Source of the DNA: Octopus bimaculoides
Taxonomy: Eukaryota
Direction: 5' to 3'
DNA length: 64,000 nt
Assembly: GCF_001194135.2 (NCBI RefSeq)
Contig: NC_068985.1
Span: 79,584,748 to 79,648,747, forward strand
Of the stretch, positions 11,045 through 21,972 are shown one piece after another. The translations under genes and the position numbers were made by a program. The notes under the pieces were generated by a model. That model saw only the letters and a list, made by a program, of their open reading frames with translations, was not told where the DNA came from and made no database searches. Positions within the stretch are counted from its first letter, which is position 1. The number at the start of each line of letters is the position of its first letter.

Positions 11045-11980
11045 NNNNNNNNNNNNNNNNNNNNNNNNNNNNNNNNNNNNNNNNNNNNNNNNNNNNNNNN
11101 NNNNNNNNNNNNNNNNNNNNNNNNNNNNNNNNNNNNNNNNNNNNNNNNNNNNNNNNNNNNNNNNNNNNNNNNNNNNNNNNNNNNNNNNNNNNNNNNNNNN
11201 NNNNNNNNNNNNNNNNNNNNNNNNNNNNNNNNNNNNNNNNNNNNNNNNNNNNNNNNNNNNNNNNNNNNNNNNNNNNNNNNNNNNNNNNNNNNNNNNNNNN
11301 NNNNNNNNNNNNNNNNNNNNNNNNNNNNNNNNNNNNNNNNNNNNNNNNNNNNNNNNNNNNNNNNNNNNNNNNNNNNNNNNNNNNNNNNNNNNNNNNNNNN
11401 NNNNNNNNNNNNNNNNNNNNNNNNNNNNNNNNNNNNNNNNNNNNNNNNNNNNNNNNNNNNNNNNNNNNNNNNNNNNNNNNNNNNNNNNNNNNNNNNNNNN
11501 NNNNNNNNNNNNNNNNNNNNNNNNNNNNNNNNNNNNNNNNNNNNNNNNNNNNNNNNNNNNNNNNNNNNNNNNNNNNNNNNNNNNNNNNNNNNNNNNNNNN
11601 NNNNNNNNNNNNNNNNNNNNNNNNNNNNNNNNNNNNNNNNNNNNNNNNNNNNNNNNNNNNNNNNNNNNNNNNNNNNNNNNNNNNNNNNNNNNNNNNNNNN
11701 NNNNNNNNNNNNNNNNNNNNNNNNNNNNNNNNNNNNNNNNNNNNNNNNNNNNNNNNNNNNNNNNNNNNNNNNNNNNNNNNNNNNNNNNNNNNNNNNNNNN
11801 NNNNNNNNNNNNNNNNNNNNNNNNNNNNNNNNNNNNNNNNNNNNNNNNNNNNNNNNNNNNNNNNNNNNNNNNNNNNNNNNNNNNNNNNNNNNNNNNNNNN
11901 NNNNNNNNNNNNNNNNNNNNNNNNNNNNNNNNNNNNNNNNNNNNNNNNNNNNNNNNNNNNNNNNNNNNNNNNNNNNNNNN
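11045..11980. other. Assembly gap (N run), the largest of nine
   Basis: Other N runs: 15464-16079, 32295-32425, 34102-34480, 37980-38092, 39584-39593, 42176-42480, 45554-45830, 49247-49798. Most are flanked by dinucleotide repeats. Confidence 0.99.
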
Positions 11981-12020
<40 letters not shown>

Positions 12021-12067
12021 CAAGGTCTTCAAGCAAGGTAAGTTATCAATATGTAGTATATAAATGT

Positions 12068-13250
12068 TTCTAATACAAGGTATGAAAGTTGGGTGATAGA
12101 TCAAGTGAATCGTATCAGCCCCAGTACTTGAGCAGTTTATATTATCGACCCCAAACGGATGAAAGTTACAGTTGATCTCGGTGGGATTTGAACTCAGAAG
12201 GCAAAGATCCTAAAGAAATGCCGTTAAGAATTTTTCCGATGTGCTAACCATTCCGGCAGTTCTCCGTCTTGTGCAGTATATAATCCTCACTATTATAGGC
12301 AAAAGGCCTGAAATTCAGAGGGAGAAGACTAGTGGATTACATTGAACCCATGCTTGACTGCTATTTAATTTATTGATCTCGGTGTGATGAAAGGTTAAGT
12401 TGACTTAGGCACCATTTGAATTCAGAGCGTAAAGTGTCGGAAGAGAAATCGCTAAGCATATTTTCTGACACGTTAAAGATTCTGTCTGCTGGCCACCTCA
12501 TTATGCAGTATTTGGTAAGCTGAATGTGTTGCTAAATGACAGAATGCCTATATGTTTCCAAAAATGGTTTTAAAATTTTGACACAGGGCCAGCAGATTTT
12601 CTTTGTTTTTGAAGGAAGTGTGAAGTCGATTACATTGGCTCCAGTACTTGACTAGTATTTATTTTATCGACCGAAAGTAGATGAAAGGCAGAGTAGACCT
12701 TGGCCGAATTAGAACTTAAATCCTAAAGACGGACGAAATCCTGCTAAGCATTTTTTCCGGTGTGCTAATTGTTCTGCTAGCTTGCCTCTTTATATGTTTG
12801 CAATAAAATTGGCTTCAAATTTTGGCGCACGGCCAGCAATTCTGAAGGTTGGTTTATATCGACTTCAATGCTCAACGTGTACTTATTTTATCGACTGCGA
12901 AAAGGATGAAAAGCAAAGTCGACCTCTGCGGAATTTTAATTCAGATCGTAAAGAGGGACGAAATGCTGCTAAATGTTCTGCTAGCTTGTCATCTTATGTA
13001 TTTGCCATAATATGAAGTTTTACCTTGATATCCAATATGTATGTGACAATGTATTCCAAATGTCTCGTTTCAACTATCGACGGAGGCTCAAGGTTTTTGG
13101 CAAGGCTTTATGTCTACTGTATCGTGATATCCCTTGCATGTTGACACAGATCCGTAATGGACTAATATTCTTGATCGATATTTTACTTTATTGACTTTTG
13201 AAGGAAGAAAAGTAAATTCGACTTTGGTGATAATTGAACTTAGAACGTAA
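12068..13250 (-). mobile_element. Head-to-tail cluster of four diverged SINE family 1 copies plus a fragment
   Basis: Repeated cores at about 12068-12270, 12287-12500, 12563-12790, 12808-12993 and 13165-13250, all on the minus strand. Confidence 0.8.
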
Positions 13251-13394
13251 ATAGCAATGGATAAAACTGAACCTAATATTTGATTGATACTTCATATAAC
13301 ACTGTGTAACATGATTTTTGTCCATGGATAAGCAACAGTGATTTCCTATTCGCTTACTCTTAGAAAGTATGAAAATAGCTAATATTGAAACCTT

Positions 13395-13570
13395 CCTTTC
13401 CTTACATTTACTGAAATCCCAAAGAATCCCTCTAAACACATGGCTATGATGCTCTCCCATTACTCCTGCTCATGATCAGAGATACACGTATTGTCATCCC
13501 CCAAGGGACTTGCTCAAGTCGTTAATGCCAAGCAAATGACAATGAAATCTATGGTATTGAACAGAATATT
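13395..13570 (-). mobile_element. Fragment of the AAT-flanked non-coding element (same family as 41729-42175)
   Basis: cccaaagaatccctctaaacacatggctatgatgctc...gatcagagat...ggtattgaacagaatatttgcta is the reverse complement of the 41.8-42.0 kb sequence. Confidence 0.7.
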
Positions 13571-14168
13571 TGCTATAACGATATTTCTGCTTCAGCAAGT
13601 GAGCGCTGAATCTGCTTGAAGTATAATGGAAAATAGGTCAGTTTCCAAACATTAATGTGCAAGTCATAAAAGCAAAGTTTGACGGAAATAGTAATTTCCT
13701 TTGATTTCTAAATAGAAGCAAATCCGAAATAACACGGTTCAAAGACAAAAAGAAAAGAAAATCCACAAATTTTGTTGTATAGTGTAATCGAGCTCGGAAG
13801 GATAATAAACAAAGTTGATCTACGTGATATTTGAACTCAGAAAGTAAAGACCTACAACAAATATTGCAAGATATATGGTCAGACACTTAAGCGATTCTGC
13901 CAACGCATTGCGTTTCAGCCATGTATTGATTAACTATATTTAACAGATTAACTATATGACAGCTTTCGCTGCAGGATACAACATCATTAGTTGTCGACTT
14001 GAAATCATCATTATCACACCATTTTCAGACCTTTTCCCTCCTATCCACATGAAATTATTACGCAGAAATATCCCTGGCTTCATGTGTTCTGTTATTTCAT
14101 TTATTATTATATCTTTTCCTTTTTAATTTTAGATCAGTAATGGTGAATATTAGCGTCGTTCATTTTAG

Positions 14169-14215
14169 GTTTCCCTGAAGTCAATCGCCGGCTCGCTGCA
14201 TTTCAGGGGACTAGA
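14169..14215 (+). other. Candidate 47-nt exon
   Basis: cattttag|...|gtaaga. GC-richer island with two open frames (GFPEVNRRLAAFQGTR or VSLKSIAGSLHFRGL). No homology recognised. Confidence 0.3.
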
Positions 14216-14459
14216 GTAAGAAGGGAGTGTCTGTTGAAAGAGCAGCATTGGTTCTTCGTTGATGTTTACGTCTATGACAGATGCACACGCACAAAATAAA
14301 ACATTGCACACGCCGTTGCACATGCAGATACACGCATATACCTAGCGTCTATCAGTTTATCTACATACATATATGTATATATACGATATGTATATGTGTA
14401 TGTGTATGTATGTATGTATGTATATACGTATAGTGTATGTATGCATGTATGTATGTATG

Positions 14460-14514
<55 letters not shown>

Positions 14515-14690
14515 TGATATATCATCCTCTGTGTCAATTTATTTTTACTCTACACTTGCAGTTTCAAACGTTTATTTTTGTCGTTCTTTATATGCTGTTT
14601 TTGTAATTTCATTATCATAAGGAATTTCATATCTTTCATTTGTATCTTCATCATCGTCACTGCCTACTCCATAATATTCAAAGCACGATA

Positions 14691-14727
<37 letters not shown>

Positions 14728-15002
14728 CCGCGCACGCGCACGTGTGTGCGTGTGTGTGTGTGTTTGTATATATGTAAGTATGTATATATGTATTTGTGTC
14801 CATATTTACATGTATACATATATGAATATATATATATGTTGTCTGTCTCGTTTCTCTGTTCTTTTTCGTTGTTCGAAAAATATTCGTTTTCTATGTTTTC
14901 GTTTCTCATTGTGTTTAACGTTTTGTTTTTTTTATGTATACATATATGCATGTATATATACATATAGATGTAGGAATGTACATATATGTATGCATACATG
15001 CA

Positions 15003-15463
15003 TTCTCCGAGCCTTCTGGCGACTCCAGTCCAACCCCTCCACTTCGCAAATCATCTCTAACCGACCCTCCCCTCCTTCAAACGAGCTCACAACCTGCGAG
15101 ACTTCTTGGTCCACAGCTTCTTCCCTAATCCAATCTCCTAACCCGGATCGTTACCCTGCTCCTGCCCATGCTGCCGAACTTGCCCTTACCTCTCCAACAC
15201 CATCCTCCTCACCGGCACCCATCATCGACCCTATCATATCACCGACTCCTTCACCTGCACTTCTACTAATGTCATCTATTGCATCTCTTGCGCTCTCTGC
15301 CCTTCTGTATACATCGGGCAAACGGGACGCCGCTTGGCTGACCGGTTCCCGGAACACCTCCGAGACATCCGACTTGGCAATGACACCCCGGTCTCGCGCC
15401 ATTTCCGTTCTACCGGTCACTCTTTGCAACACCTTTCTGTGTTCGGGTTGTCCTTGCAGAGGG
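15003..15463 (+). mobile_element. Penelope-like element, GIY-YIG endonuclease region
   Basis: Frame TDSFTCTSTNVIYCISCALCPSVYIGQTGRRLADRFPEHLRDI...HFRSTGH (VIY...YIG motif with Cys/His cluster). It runs into a gap. Confidence 0.9.
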
Positions 15464-16079
15464 NNNNNNNNNNNNNNNNNNNNNNNNNNNNNNNNNNNNN
15501 NNNNNNNNNNNNNNNNNNNNNNNNNNNNNNNNNNNNNNNNNNNNNNNNNNNNNNNNNNNNNNNNNNNNNNNNNNNNNNNNNNNNNNNNNNNNNNNNNNNN
15601 NNNNNNNNNNNNNNNNNNNNNNNNNNNNNNNNNNNNNNNNNNNNNNNNNNNNNNNNNNNNNNNNNNNNNNNNNNNNNNNNNNNNNNNNNNNNNNNNNNNN
15701 NNNNNNNNNNNNNNNNNNNNNNNNNNNNNNNNNNNNNNNNNNNNNNNNNNNNNNNNNNNNNNNNNNNNNNNNNNNNNNNNNNNNNNNNNNNNNNNNNNNN
15801 NNNNNNNNNNNNNNNNNNNNNNNNNNNNNNNNNNNNNNNNNNNNNNNNNNNNNNNNNNNNNNNNNNNNNNNNNNNNNNNNNNNNNNNNNNNNNNNNNNNN
15901 NNNNNNNNNNNNNNNNNNNNNNNNNNNNNNNNNNNNNNNNNNNNNNNNNNNNNNNNNNNNNNNNNNNNNNNNNNNNNNNNNNNNNNNNNNNNNNNNNNNN
16001 NNNNNNNNNNNNNNNNNNNNNNNNNNNNNNNNNNNNNNNNNNNNNNNNNNNNNNNNNNNNNNNNNNNNNNNNNNNNNNN

Positions 16080-16470
16080 CAAACCTCACAACACCACATC
16101 ACATCACACCACTACGCACACACTAGCAATGACCACTTCCCAGCCCCACACCATCATCCACACACCTAGATATACACACACGCACGCGTCGTGGTCACTA
16201 GCCCTCTTCCACACGCACATACATGCTCTTTTATACATACGCACGCACACCTTCTTTTTGGGATCACCACTACATTATTACCTCCCCTTCTTCATAGCTC
16301 TCCTGTGTGATCCCTCTGTCCAGCAGTCGCCATGATAGATCGCTAGCCACTACATATTCTTTATTTTCTCCCCCTGTTCCTTTTTGTGTTCCTTTCTGTG
16401 GAAGAGCGTAGGCTCGAAACGTTAAAGACTTTTTCACTTCCTGAGCGTTAAACTACACCACCTGTCTTTT
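16080..16470 (+). mobile_element. Probable 3' end/pLTR of the Penelope-like element, with a hammerhead-like motif at 16392-16427
   Basis: cttt-ctgtggaa-gagc(gtag)gctc-gaaacgtt-aaag. It lies downstream of the GIY-YIG region, across the gap. Confidence 0.6.
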
Positions 16471-17646
16471 GTTTTTTTGTGAATTCTCCGCTATATACAT
16501 GTATACACGGATATTGACACATATATGTGTATGTATGTGTATGTGTATGTATGTATACATGTATATGTATTTATGAGTGTATATATGTATATATGTATGT
16601 ACGTACGTATTTATATGTGTATGTATGTGTGTGTTTGTGTGGCATGGTGTGTGTCTGTGCATACGTGTGCATTTATATTTGTAGTTAATGAGAATCAGCA
16701 TTTGAAACGTGAGGCACAATTTCTTGGTAATGATCACAATATAAGAAATATACGTTACTGCTTGTATGCTGGTATACGTTTGCGTAGCAAAGAATATGTG
16801 ATATTCGTGTTCGCGTCTGTGCCTCTGTATTTGTGTGTTATTATACCGATCTAATTTTGTTCATGTTTTCGTTATTCTCTTGAGATGTGACTTAAGCTCT
16901 GTAGACGATTGATTTAGGCATTTGCCATAAAAGTGGACAATTTGCCTGCTTCTCGAAATTACATTCTCCTCCCTGTATGATGCTCTAAATACATCATCAG
17001 AGTTTGCTTTTTATTATATTACCGATATTTATTGTGCAACAGGAGCTGATGTTCTCGGGCGCCATTTTAATTTCATTCTCAAATGAATGCTCACTTCCAA
17101 AATGTCAAATTTCTCTTCTGTATGTATACCATGTTATCAAACGCATGAGCTCATATTATTTGTGCCTTGCTGGGAAACATTCTTTAATTGACGATGCTAT
17201 GAACAACGTAATTTCAGGAACTACTGAAATTACGATTCTGTTTAACTGTGAATTGCTGTTGTTATTTAACTTCGGGTTAATCGCGGCCAATCTACCTTTA
17301 TTTTCAGACGCACTGCATCTCAAATTATCATTATCCAATGCTTCTTTCTTATCTAATACGATAGGGCGTGACTTTAGGGGCATTTGGCACCAGTTTCTAG
17401 CAGATTGATCAACTACGTGAACGTTACCTTATTGACAAGTAGTTAGCAAGTCAGGCAATTGTTCATATCTGACGATTTGTTACGCATTTATTTCATGTTG
17501 TTAACTAAATCTTTAATTGTTTCAGGTGAAAGGATGATTAGAGTTTTATATGTGATATGTAATCAAAGACTTCAATCATGACAACACCGATTTATTTGGG
17601 ATATGTAGAAAAATATAATTTAACATATTCTTTCATTTTCATTAAG

Positions 17647-17800
17647 ATGGAACGATGGGATTTGTGGACGTTATGGCAGTTCAGGAGCATCATAAAATTT
17701 CAGCAATCATTCTCCTAGCTCAACGAGACTCTGATCAGAGGCTACCGAGTTGGCTCATCAATAATGAATTTTTGATGATTAGATTCATGCTAACCATTGG
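17647..17800 (+). other. Candidate exon
   Basis: Acceptor ttctttcattttcattaag| and donor gg|gtaaat. One frame is open throughout (GTMGFVDVMAVQEHHKISAIILLAQRDSDQRLPSWLINNEFLMIRFMLTIG). Confidence 0.2.
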
Positions 17801-18760
17801 GTAAATTAGATTGGTCATGGGTGTATTATAAAACATTCTTTGCAGCTAGTTCGTTAATCTATTATGGGTGTGTTAAAGATTCTTGTGATGCTTTTCTGTT
17901 GATCAAACTTACTGCCAAGAATACATTATATATGCAAATTGGTTTATGTAATTTACTTGAGCCCTTAATAACAGTGAGTTTCTAAGCAGTGTTTCCGCGC
18001 TTAAGTTATTAACTAAATTTTTAATAATTTTATGTGAGAAGGCAGTTAGTCTTAAATGCGATATATAATCAAAAGCGGTCTACCTGTGTCCGCATTAACT
18101 TTTTGGGGACATCGAAGACAACATTATCTAATATGTCCTTTCCTTTTTAAATTGGTAGAGTCTGTTTTAGTGGAGGTCATGGCAGGTGAGCAATATCAAT
18201 ATTTCAAAAACTTGTGTTTCTGCAGATGAAATTTCAACACAAATTTGAAACTTGCTCGCATCGATTCTTTAATTTTATATAAAGACAAGATGTCTGTTAT
18301 ATACATTTATTTCATATAGTGTTGGTTAAAAATCTATAGATACATTTTGTTGTATAGTTTAGTATTGAAACAAAAACAATGCACCAATAATTTAATAATG
18401 TGTGTAATAAATACTCTGTTAGCCATCGATGTTGTTTAGTTCTTAGCCTCTGGTCAGACCTGATAATGCAAACCTCTTTTGAGAGGAGGCGCAACAATGT
18501 TCATACTGTTCTTGTTTTCAAATATAGTGAATCCATGACAGAATATTTCGAATAATTATTTTCTTTTTAAAGGCAGTAGTGTCTGAGTTGAGGATTTGGC
18601 TGCTACTTTTAGCTGATCGAAGCTTCCTCGTTTACCTATCGTTGTAGAGGTCTCTATTTTTGATCAAGCAAACATATGACCAAAAGAGTTCCAACCGAGC
18701 TAGTGCTGACATATTTTCAAACATAGAGCATCTTCATTCATTTTTTAAAAACGAGTGTAT

Positions 18761-18977
18761 TATTTCTTTACTACCCACAAGGGGCTACACACAGAGGGGA
18801 CAAACAAGGACAGACAAACGGATTAAGTCGATTATATCGACCCCAGTGCGTAACTGGTACTTATTTAATCGACCCCGAAAGGATGAAAGGCAAAGTCGAC
18901 CTCGGCGGAATTTGAACTCAGAACGTAGCGGCAGTCGAAATACCGCTAAGCATTTCGCCCGGCGTGCTAACGTTTCT
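18761..18977 (-). mobile_element. Young, slightly 5'-truncated SINE family 1 copy (tail type A), 11-bp TSD
   Basis: TSD aacgagtgtat at 18750-18760 and 18978-18988. Intact core ggcaaagtcgacctcggcggaatttgaactcagaacg. Confidence 0.92.
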
Positions 18978-19159
18978 AACGAGTGTATGACTCGTGGGAG
19001 ATTTAACTCCAGTTTCTAACAAGTTAAGTAATCATATTGAGATTACTGGCACGCAAGTAATTGTTTTTATATCTGAAGATATATTAGACTTTCATCCGCT
19101 CACATTATTAACTGTATTTTTTATAATTTTTTATGAGAGGATGGTTAGAGTCTTAAATA

Positions 19160-19260
19160 TACAGTAACTCCTCGCCATATCGCGGTTTACCTATCGCGGT
19201 TTACCTATCGCGGTTTACCTATCGCGGTTTATTATCTAATTTTACGTCGATTCCTCCATG
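19160..19260 (+). mobile_element. pogo/Tigger-like element end with a 14-bp tandem repeat
   Basis: TA-cagtaactcctcgccatatcgcgg start. tatcgcggtttacc occurs about four times at 19178-19230. Confidence 0.6.
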
Positions 19261-19284
19261 GTGTTGTATTGCATTTATACTAAC

Positions 19285-19318
19285 ACTAGACTACCCGTGA
19301 CCCGTTGGGTCACCGGGG
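19285..19318 (-). mobile_element. Helitron-like 3' terminus (hairpin + CTAG)
   Basis: Minus strand ccccggtgacccaacgggtcacgggtagtCTAGt: a GC-rich hairpin a few nt before CTAG. Confidence 0.55.
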
Positions 19319-20693
19319 AAAGTCTGAGTTTCCCAGCAACGGAATTTTGTTTTGTGGGTTTTTCTTTTCCATGTTATTTCGCATGCTTTCGACGAATGTG
19401 ACATCGAAATCACACATAAATGGCTCCTTTCCCCAGAAAAGAAAGATTTGTCTGCTACCACGTAACAGGTATTTCGGGTCATTCATTGCAAATAGCTGGT
19501 ACGTGGTGGCAGGGTGTGCTAGAAATTACAGCCAAATCTTTGGAGGTGAGATACGTTGAATGCACTCGAAAGAAACCAATGGAAAAAAACTATTTCATAC
19601 CGAGGTTAAGAACGGTTCTTTTACGAAATAGTTTTAGAGTCATTGCAACTAAAAAATATTTTGCCCACCATAATGAGTCTAATGGAAAGGATAGAGTTTC
19701 TTCCCTTTCAGGATTAAGTTACTTTCGGAGTATTTTCCCATTATGCACCGTTTTGAGTATTTATATCCAAAACACCGAATATCTCTATAACTAGTAGTCC
19801 GATTTACGCGAAACTTGTTTTATTCCATTCGTATTCACATTTAAGAGACACTTTACTTTCAAAGTATTTTAGTAATGTTCATTTTAGCAACGCTAATGTT
19901 AAATGAATATAAGGCTGTTAATGTTATGTAATAAAATGTGAGTACACCAGACGTACACTTTCTTCTGATTTTATGTTTAACTGAAATCGGACGGTGAATA
20001 TGTAATGGAGGCAGGAAATAAAGGATGTAAGGTCAAGAAACATTGATATATAGCATAGAATTTTGTTCTTCGCCTGTCTAGGTTACGCAGTCCTACTAAC
20101 TTACATACTCTAGCTTCATCATCCTTGTCGTCATCGTCGTTGTTAAGGCTTTGCCCTAACCTGTTCCTGATTAATTAGATATATGGTTAAAGGCAATCCA
20201 GCTATGATCAAACCTTTTTTTTCCCCGAATATATTGTATCTCGGACGATATAATTCACTGTATAATTTTTAAAGACTGCAGAGTGCAGGTTGAGGGACAA
20301 TTTGGTACTATATCGGATTGTGATCACGCTTTTTTCTTCGACTCACGGTTTCATCGTAGTTACCAAAGTTAAGACCGAACAAATCGTTCTTATTTGTCGA
20401 ACATAGTAATCTATCATAATAAAAGTTCCATGACATATAATATTATTTCATTATTGCTGCTATTATTTGTATTTAGCTCCAGGTCAGTCCTGATTAAACT
20501 CATTTGCTTTCGAAAGCGTTCTAGCCGTGACAATCCTGTCCTTATCTTTTAAGCAAACTATCTAAGTATAGATTATCCAATATATTCTTTGTTTTTGTAA
20601 GACAACAGGAAATAATTTGCGAAACCTGTAGCTACTACTTCTAGTATATCATATCACCACCTAGCAGCTCCGTTGTTGAAATGAAATTGTCTT

Positions 20694-21972
20694 TATCAGG
20701 TCATTAAGAATGAAATGTCCGATTTTGAACTGAAAGTTTATTTTAATTTAACTCAACAAAAAACAATGCAGTCAATCAAAGATTGTACCTAAATTATCAA
20801 TACAATTTTGTCATTGTATCAGTAGCTTATTTATGCCAGCAGCGAAGAATTCTGGAGAGCAAGAGGTAATGAAATCATGAAAGGCTGTTTTTGCATCTTT
20901 TTCAGATTTAAAGCTTTTTCCTTGCAAAAAGTTGTCTAATGCCTGAAAAACTTGATAGTCAGGTGGTGCAAGGTCTGGCGAATATGGTGGATGACAGAGT
21001 ACTTCCAAGTTCAGTTCCTGAACTTGAGTAGCGTTCTTTGTGCAACATATGGTCGAGCAATGTCTTGCAAGAGAATTGGCCTGTCTCTATTGACCAATCT
21101 CGGTTGTTTAATTACAATTCACTCATCATTTCATCCAATTGGTTGATGTATACATCCGCTGTAGTTGAATTACCAGGTCTCATGAAGCTGTAGTTGATGA
21201 CACCAGCGCTGAACCACCAAATAGACACCATTAGCTTTTTTTCTTTTTTTTGGTGAATATTCTTTGGCACTTCGTCTCTATCCAACCACTTTGCAGAACG
21301 CTTGCTATTGTTGAAAAATATCCATTATTCATCACACGTAACAATATAATGCACAAATGGTTCGCTTTTATGCCGTGACAGCAAAGAACAGCCAGTTTCA
21401 AGACGATGTGTCTTTGATGCTCGTTCAGTTCGTGTGGTACCCACTTGTCCAGCTTCTTTACCTTGCAGATTCGTTTCAGATTGTCTAATACAGTTGGAAT
21501 CGAAACATCAAACCTTACTGCTAATTCACGCGTAGTTTCAGATGTATCCGCTCCCAATACAGTTTCCAGCTCAACATTATCTACCTTGATCTCAGGTCTA
21601 CCACGGTGCTGATTTTCAAGAGTAAAGTTACCAGACTGGAACTTCTCAAAACTTCGACGTACAGTGCGCTCATTCGCCACATCTTCACCAAATATCTCAT
21701 TGATGTTTCGAGCTGTCTGGGATGCATTGCTTTCACGACAGAACTCATATTCATAAACAACACGAAGTTTTTATCTGTCCATAGGTTCACAAAAATTGAT
21801 CTACAAGAGGTAACTTACAATATAACCAGACACCATAAATTGCATTTCGAAAAGCGATGATGTAACTCTTCAATGAGTGAAACAAAGAATTTTCAGGATA
21901 AAACATTAGAGCTAATGACTATCAATCTTGGAGCATGTGAAAATCAGACATTTTATTCTTAATGACCTAATA
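20694..21972 (-). mobile_element. Full-length (about 1.28 kb) decayed mariner transposon
   Basis: TIRs tatcaggtcattaagaatgaaatgtccgattttg / tattaggtcattaagaataaaatgtctgattttc. Transposase pseudogene from the ATG at 21782 with WVPHEL, VTCDE, LQDIARP and HPPYSPDLAP motifs, interrupted by stops and frameshifts. Confidence 0.95.

Noticed and set aside
17004-17408. 134-aa ORF in unique sequence
   Set aside because: No domain resemblance, and its 3' end runs into a dispersed repeat.
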